From a virus, in IMG/VR virus record IMGVR_UViG_3300011982_000006, positions 1 to 6,812 of that record: DNA of 6,812 nucleotides. One strand, written 5' to 3'. The first letter of the stretch is position 1. Each line of letters opens with the position of its first letter. Below, piece by piece: positions 3,989-6,812 of the stretch. The position numbers were made by a program, and so were the translations under genes. A model generated the notes under the pieces. The model did not search any database. It worked only from the letters and a program-made list of their open reading frames with translations, and was not told the origin of the DNA.

Positions 3989-5340
3989 CGCCTTTGAAGA
4001 TAAGCATCTAAAGCTTCTGCAATAGCATCATCTGAATAATGTTTCAATTTTTCAACAAATTCAGCATCAGAATTGTATTCAAAACCTAATGTTTTAGCAA
4101 TTCGGCTCCAAATATAATCACCTTTTTGTAACAAGAATTGTTGCAGATTTTGAGGACGTTGCCTCTGCATAATAGCAGCTAAACGATCAACGCCACCAAA
4201 ATAATACTCAAACTCAGACAACTTAGTTTTCTGTGCTTCTGTTAATGTTTGTTGACCAAGCAACTCAGCATAACGTTGTTGTGTCTGAACATTCTGATTA
4301 TTCAACCTTGTTGCAGACTTATTTAAGTCGAATTGACTACCAAGCACACGAGTTTCAGCATTTATCTTTTCATACTCGGCACGAAGATTTACTAATTGCT
4401 GCTGCAATATCTGCAATTGTTCGGGCATAAGGTTTTCAAGATTATATTTCTTGGTAAGATACTCAATATTGAGATTTTTCTCCATAACCTTGCCGTTAAT
4501 AATATCTTGTGTAAGCTTATCGATAGTCTTAAATAACTGAACATTCTCACCACGCGCACGTTGTTCGGCTAAAGTAACAGGACGGCCAGAACTCTCGTCA
4601 ACCATGGGTACACCATTAGTATCGTAGGCTTGTAATTGCGACATAGCATTTTGAATTTCAGTTGCAAAAGCCGTAGCAGCGTCAACACGAGCAGCCTGTT
4701 TACTTTGTTCAAGACGGTTAAGCGTTTCTTGCGCTTGTGCGCCAGCCTTAGCACCTGTTGCAGCATTCGTAATTTGGTCAGCTGCTTTCTGATTACCAAA
4801 ATCATAATCGGCCTTTTCATAAGCAAGACCTTGAGCCATGTAATTACCGACCTGACTTAACGCATCAGCAGGACCTTCCAAAAGATTCTCACTAGTATTA
4901 TTAGCAGGCGCAGTTACCGAATTACCAAGATTGGTACTACTTGCTATATTAGCACTACTTGCAGCTGCTTGACCATTGTAAAGATAGGGGTTATAACCTG
5001 CAGCTTCTAAACGTTCACGAACGGCAGCCTCATTAGACCATGCACGATTTTCAGCATTAACCTTATCTTGATAAGCCATTTGTTGAGCATTAACCTTGTC
5101 TTGTTGCTCGACTTGCTTTTGCCACATTTCACGCTGAAAAGCTTGGTCACGCTTCTGTTTGGAAGAGCCTCCAAATAACTTCATTGCACCACCTACAATA
5201 GCAGCACCAGCACCAATAAGGGCGGGAATTATACTTAATTGAGTTGGATAAGTAGCTATCCACTCGGACAAATCATAAGGATACATAATAAACAGAATTA
5301 AGGCCCACCTGCAAACGACAGGCAGGCCAGTTAAAAGCAT
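3985..5340 (-). CDS. VP2: VP2-like minor capsid / DNA pilot protein (phiX H analogue), 451 aa
   Basis: Track ORF. It has a Gly/Ala-rich hydrophobic N-terminal segment (IIPALIGAGAAIVGGAMKLFGG), then FQREMWQKQ...RERLEAAGYNPYLY, which resembles the conserved (A)AG(L/Y)NP motif of microvirus VP2 proteins as I recall it. A long Q/A/N/E-rich helical, coiled-coil-like region follows. Its size and its position after the capsid block fit VP2. An alternative start is the ATG at 5286 (MYPYDLSEW...). Confidence 0.85.
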   Translation of the reverse strand: MLLTGLPVVCRWALILFIMYPYDLSEWIATYPTQLSIIPALIGAGAAIVGGAMKLFGGSSKQKRDQAFQREMWQKQVEQQDKVNAQQMAYQDKVNAENRAWSNEAAVRERLEAAGYNPYLYNGQAAASSANIASSTNLGNSVTAPANNTSENLLEGPADALSQVGNYMAQGLAYEKADYDFGNQKAADQITNAATGAKAGAQAQETLNRLEQSKQAARVDAATAFATEIQNAMSQLQAYDTNGVPMVDESSGRPVTLAEQRARGENVQLFKTIDKLTQDIINGKVMEKNLNIEYLTKKYNLENLMPEQLQILQQQLVNLRAEYEKINAETRVLGSQFDLNKSATRLNNQNVQTQQRYAELLGQQTLTEAQKTKLSEFEYYFGGVDRLAAIMQRQRPQNLQQFLLQKGDYIWSRIAKTLGFEYNSDAEFVEKLKHYSDDAIAEALDAYLQRR

Positions 5341-5352
5341 CTAGAACTAACA

Positions 5353-5463
5353 CTAAGCGTTATCTTGCTTCTTGTCCTTATCCTTAGAAAGGCTTTCTAC
5401 AAGCGACTTCAGAAAAGGGAGAGCAATTTCCAACACCTTCAAAATTTTAATGAACCATTTCAT
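5353..5463 (-). CDS. Candidate 36-aa protein (MKWFIKILKVLEIALPFLKSLVESLSKDKDKKQDNA)
   Basis: Hand translation of the 163-nt gap between the 137-aa gene and VP2. The ATG is at 5463..5461 and the stop TAG is at 5355..5353, 12 nt before the VP2 ATG. An amphipathic, hydrophobic N-terminal helix is followed by a Lys/Asp-rich tail. It is too short to appear in the ORF track. Confidence 0.3.
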   Translation of the reverse strand: MKWFIKILKVLEIALPFLKSLVESLSKDKDKKQDNA

Positions 5464-5503
5464 ACTTAATACGAATTTAATTAAACAATATATTGAACTA
5501 ACA

Positions 5504-5917
5504 CTATTCGGCTGGACTAACATCAGAAGAATTATCTACAGGTTGGGCAGCGTTAACGCCATCGATGAATTCGCCGATTTTCATACCTACAAAGTCCATA
5601 TCGGTCAAAGTAGAATGATACCTAGAAGGCATGATAGCAGCGAGATCTTCGTCAGACACATCATTTCTACCTGTAGAAGGAATTTTCTGCATATAAGCTA
5701 AAATACGTTCTTTTTCAAGAACAGAAACAGAACCACTCAACAACTTAGTAACAGGGTTTTCAATATTACCCGTCACTGCATCGACAGGGGCAATTACATC
5801 GATTATTTCCTTAATTTCGGAATTTAATTCGGGAAGAGAAGGGCGACCAGCACTCTTTTTAAGATCGGCAATATCCGCATCACACATATAACCGAACATT
5901 ACTTTAAACTTGTCCAT
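5504..5917 (-). CDS. Hypothetical acidic protein, 137 aa; possible internal scaffolding protein (VP3-like), judged by position, size and charge only
   Basis: Track ORF with an ATG start 19 nt after the VP1 stop, on the same strand. It is rich in Asp/Glu (DADIADL, SDEDLAAIMPSRY, DNSSDVSPAE). Microvirus scaffolding proteins are small and acidic, but I recognise no diagnostic motif. Confidence 0.65.
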   Translation of the reverse strand: MDKFKVMFGYMCDADIADLKKSAGRPSLPELNSEIKEIIDVIAPVDAVTGNIENPVTKLLSGSVSVLEKERILAYMQKIPSTGRNDVSDEDLAAIMPSRYHSTLTDMDFVGMKIGEFIDGVNAAQPVDNSSDVSPAE

Positions 5918-5936
5918 AACATTTTATTTATTACAT

Positions 5937-6812
5937 TCAAACACGAGGAAGACCATCAACAGACATATCACTTATTTTTGTAATGCCGAAATAACAGCCA
6001 CCAAACAATTGGTCAGTTACCTGTTTACCATTATAATTAACAGCAAAAACACTATCAACAACACGAGGCGATATCTTCAATTCATTAAGAGAAAAAGAAC
6101 CAGAGTAAAAACCATCTAAAGGTGCACGCATACGAGCAATAGTCCAAAAAGACAAAGCACCATCATAGCCAAATTGTCCGTGGTTAAGATCAATAGCAGT
6201 TTTGTATTCAGAGTAACGCAACTGCCAACCAAAAGGCCTATCACCACGAGCGTTAACCTCATCAATTCCATTACCAGAAGGATCACGCTGATGATCGATG
6301 ACATTATAATTCATCAAGGGCTGCATACCTAAGTCTTCAAACTCAGGAATAAAGAAGTCACCACGAGTAACCTTATGTACGAAAGGATCGACACGACTAG
6401 CATCATACTGCATCGCAGGAACAGCCGAATAAATACACATCAACACACCATGTTCTTTAGCGTCGAACGAAACACGGCCTTTACCTACACCAATAGACTT
6501 ACCGACAACTCTACCAAGATAACCAGCATCTGAAGAACCTTCATCGGTCGTACCACCTGTCTGTGTAACATCACCTGTCTCGAAATTACTATCGAAGCCA
6601 CCAAGATAATACACCTGCCCATCACGACCTTCAGAGGTTTTAACACCGAAGTGAGCCTCCATTTGCTCGGCATAGGTTTTACCTGCTCGCATAGTAACAG
6701 AAAGAAGTTTATCCAAAGCAAATGCAGCACGAACGGAAGAAACATCAATAGTTGAATAACTTCCTTCGAACTTAGCAGTAACAGTAGCAGACCGATTACC
6801 AGAATCGACACC
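5937..6812 (-). CDS. VP1: Major capsid protein, C-terminal part (6714..6812 duplicates 1..99); full protein on the circle is 1653 nt = 550 aa plus stop
   Basis: This is track ORF 5937..6716. Its first M is really an internal TTG (Leu), and the frame stays open to 6812. 876 nt plus 777 nt join in frame. It contains capsid-typical stretches GYLGRVVGKSIGVGKG and RPFGWQLRYSEYKT. The stop TGA is at 5939..5937. Confidence 0.93.
   Translation of the reverse strand, partial: GVDSGNRSATVTAKFEGSYSTIDVSSVRAAFALDKLLSVTMRAGKTYAEQMEAHFGVKTSEGRDGQVYYLGGFDSNFETGDVTQTGGTTDEGSSDAGYLGRVVGKSIGVGKGRVSFDAKEHGVLMCIYSAVPAMQYDASRVDPFVHKVTRGDFFIPEFEDLGMQPLMNYNVIDHQRDPSGNGIDEVNARGDRPFGWQLRYSEYKTAIDLNHGQFGYDGALSFWTIARMRAPLDGFYSGSFSLNELKISPRVVDSVFAVNYNGKQVTDQLFGGCYFGITKISDMSVDGLPRV
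6714..6812. repeat. Terminal direct repeat, copy 2 of 2 (identical to 1..99)
   Basis: Same 99-nt string as 1..99. Offset 6713 gives the circular genome length. Confidence 0.95.

Noticed and set aside
5308-5399. Hairpin cctgc/gcagg (5308..5326) and the 15-nt palindrome tagaaaggctttcta (5385..5399) as intrinsic terminators
   Set aside because: The stems are short and neither is followed by a U-tract on the coding strand. One lies within the possible VP2 5' extension and the other within the 36-aa ORF. The support for a terminator call is insufficient.

Overview
The window is one complete, circularly permuted genome of a small ssDNA phage of the family Microviridae. It belongs to a non-phiX lineage. 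The capsid N-terminus, the large Rep, the absence of Shine-Dalgarno sequences and the TAnnTTTG boxes suggest a Bacteroidetes-associated, Alpavirinae-like virus; that is inference from memory, not a search. Bases 1..99 are identical to 6714..6812, so the unit genome is 6713 bp. The window ends are an assembly overlap inside the major capsid gene: 876..1 joins 6713..5937 in frame to give a 550-aa VP1. All convincing genes are on the - strand. Their order on the coding strand is VP1, a 137-aa acidic protein, a possible 36-aa ORF, a 451-aa VP2-like pilot/minor capsid protein, about 1.0 kb of non-coding DNA, a 102-aa protein, a 571-aa HUH replication initiator (VP4), a possible 28-aa hydrophobic ORF, then VP1 again. 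The most unusual feature is the non-coding region 2975..3984, about 15% of the genome. It holds a discrete 491-bp GC-rich, hairpin-dense module (3149..3639) bounded by a 9-bp inverted repeat and flanked by almost G-free A/C-rich tracts. I cannot assign this module to any known RNA or DNA element family. Secondary items are a 195-codon same-strand ORF overprinted on Rep, three small membrane-type ORFs (lysis candidates), and an 11-residue repeat in VP2. I saw no integrase, transposase, tRNA, rRNA or CRISPR array.
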